Below are positions 15,780 through 16,965 of a stretch of DNA of 16,965 nucleotides, piece after piece. The number at the start of each line of letters is the position of its first letter. Positions within the stretch are counted from its first letter, which is position 1. Where the stretch lies: NCBI GenBank assembly GCA_039091855.1, contig JAWCLA010000003.1, forward strand, positions 1-16,965. The letters run 5' to 3'. The stretch comes from Candidatus Aenigmatarchaeota archaeon. GTDB lineage: Archaea > Aenigmatarchaeota > Aenigmatarchaeia > QMZP01. The position numbers and the translations under genes are program-made. The notes under the pieces were generated by a model. The model ran no database searches. It worked only from the letters and a program-made list of their open reading frames with translations, and was not told where the DNA came from.

Positions 15780-16892
15780 ATGAAAATACTTATGATAGGA
15801 TGGGGATACCCTCCAAGGATAGATGGGGGGTTGGACACGCACGTGTATGAAATATCAAGGGAGCTTGCAAAATCAATCGATGTTTTCCTCACTCTTCCTG
15901 AATTCAATTCACCAAAGAGCTTACCAAGGGATATAAAAATAATCCCTGTTCCGTGCCCTGGGTTTTCGGATATCTCATCGCTTTTGAGGTGTGTCAAAAT
16001 CTACAACAAAAACATTGTAAAAATGTGTAGAGGTATTGGTTTTGACATAATTCACTCGCACGACTGGCTTGGAGCAGAGGCGTCAGAAAGACTGAAAAAA
16101 ATGACAGGCAAGCCCTGGGTCTTTACCTTGCACTCATTAGAGTATATGAGAAGCTGCTCGCAGGCCAACTCTTTTATAGAAAAAATGGAAAGCAGGGCAG
16201 CAAAGATGTGCGATGTTGTTTTGACTGTAAGCAATTTTATGAAAACCGAGATTTCAAATAATTATGGAGTTGAAAATGAGAGGATAAAGGTTGTTTACAA
16301 TTCTGCAGATGCAAGAAAGGGTAATCCTGAAGAAATAAGGAAAAGGCTTGGGATAGGGAAAAGGCCAATGGTGCTTTTTTTGGGAAGGCTATCGAGGCAG
16401 AAGGGGGTGGAGCATTTTGTCCTGTCTGCGAGAATTGTTGTCAAGGAATTTCCTGAAGCGATTTTTGTGGTTGCTGGTGATGGCTACCTGAGGGAAAGCC
16501 TTGAGAGGTTCTCAAAAAATTTGGGCATTGCGAATGTTATATTCACGGGATTTGTGCCTGAAGATGAGGTTTTCTCATATTACTCGGCTGCTGATGTTTT
16601 CGTTTTGCCTTCGATTTTTGAGCCTTTCGGAATAACTGTTCTTGAATCTCTCCTCTCAGGGACGCCTGTAATAGTTGGTGAAGGGGCAGGAGTTCTTGAA
16701 AGGATTCCGGAAATGGAATGTATATTTAAGGTTAAACCTGGAAACTCTCTGGAGATAGCTGAAAAAATATCTTACGTGTTGAATAAAAGGATAGGGGTTT
16801 CCGAAAGAGACAAGCAAGCTCTAAAGAAGGCATATTCTTGGGAAAGGAGTGCAATGGAAATTTTGGATGTTTACAGGAATTGGTCAAAATAA
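15780..16892 (+). CDS. GT4 glycosyltransferase, glycogen-synthase-like
   Basis: Motifs WGYPPRIDGGLD, HSHDW, TLHSLEYMR, FLGRLSRQKG and EPFGITVLE. Confidence 0.92.
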   Translation: MKILMIGWGYPPRIDGGLDTHVYEISRELAKSIDVFLTLPEFNSPKSLPRDIKIIPVPCPGFSDISSLLRCVKIYNKNIVKMCRGIGFDIIHSHDWLGAEASERLKKMTGKPWVFTLHSLEYMRSCSQANSFIEKMESRAAKMCDVVLTVSNFMKTEISNNYGVENERIKVVYNSADARKGNPEEIRKRLGIGKRPMVLFLGRLSRQKGVEHFVLSARIVVKEFPEAIFVVAGDGYLRESLERFSKNLGIANVIFTGFVPEDEVFSYYSAADVFVLPSIFEPFGITVLESLLSGTPVIVGEGAGVLERIPEMECIFKVKPGNSLEIAEKISYVLNKRIGVSERDKQALKKAYSWERSAMEILDVYRNWSK

Positions 16893-16964
16893 AAGCTTGG
16901 CTGATTTTTTAAAGGTTTTTCCTGATGCAGTTCCTATGAGATTTAAGATGTGCTCCCCGCTTTC
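16884..16964 (-). CDS. Possible 3' end of a gene entering from beyond the window
   Basis: Open minus frame ...ESGEHILNLIGTASGKTFKKSAKLLF* ends at TGA 16886-16884, overlapping the GT4 3' end by 9 bp. Confidence 0.35.
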   Translation of the reverse strand, partial: ESGEHILNLIGTASGKTFKKSAKLLF

Positions 16965-16965
16965 T

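Noticed and set aside
13025-15997. Several 100-150 aa alternative-frame ORFs (13025-13471, 13978-14433, 14876-15178, 15629-15997)
   Set aside because: They overlap confidently assigned genes, mostly antisense, and carry no motifs of their own.

Overview
Archaeal-type DNA, judged from TATA/BRE-like promoters, GGTGG Shine-Dalgarno sites and archaeal enzyme families. A DPANN-like small-genome archaeon is only a guess. The window is a dense alpha-glucan (glycogen-like) and central-carbon gene cluster. It encodes a GH57 alpha-amylase, three full-length GT4 glycosyltransferases plus one N-terminal-domain-only paralogue, an amylo-alpha-1,6-glucosidase (GH133-like), GAPN, a small DUF2582-like winged-helix protein, bifunctional FBP aldolase/phosphatase, PEP synthase, a small membrane protein, a HIT protein with a GalT-type HxHxQ motif, archaeal triosephosphate isomerase, a MinD-like ATPase and a compact ADP-dependent sugar kinase. 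The main unexplained non-coding signal lies in the convergent gap 1743-2004. It holds two identical 54-bp hairpin-containing direct repeats plus an 18-bp third copy that abuts a stop codon, with unequal spacers and partial similarity running into the neighbouring gene. A perfect 11-bp inverted repeat sits in the divergent promoter between the synthesis and debranching arms. I recognised no rRNA, tRNA, cas or transposase genes.
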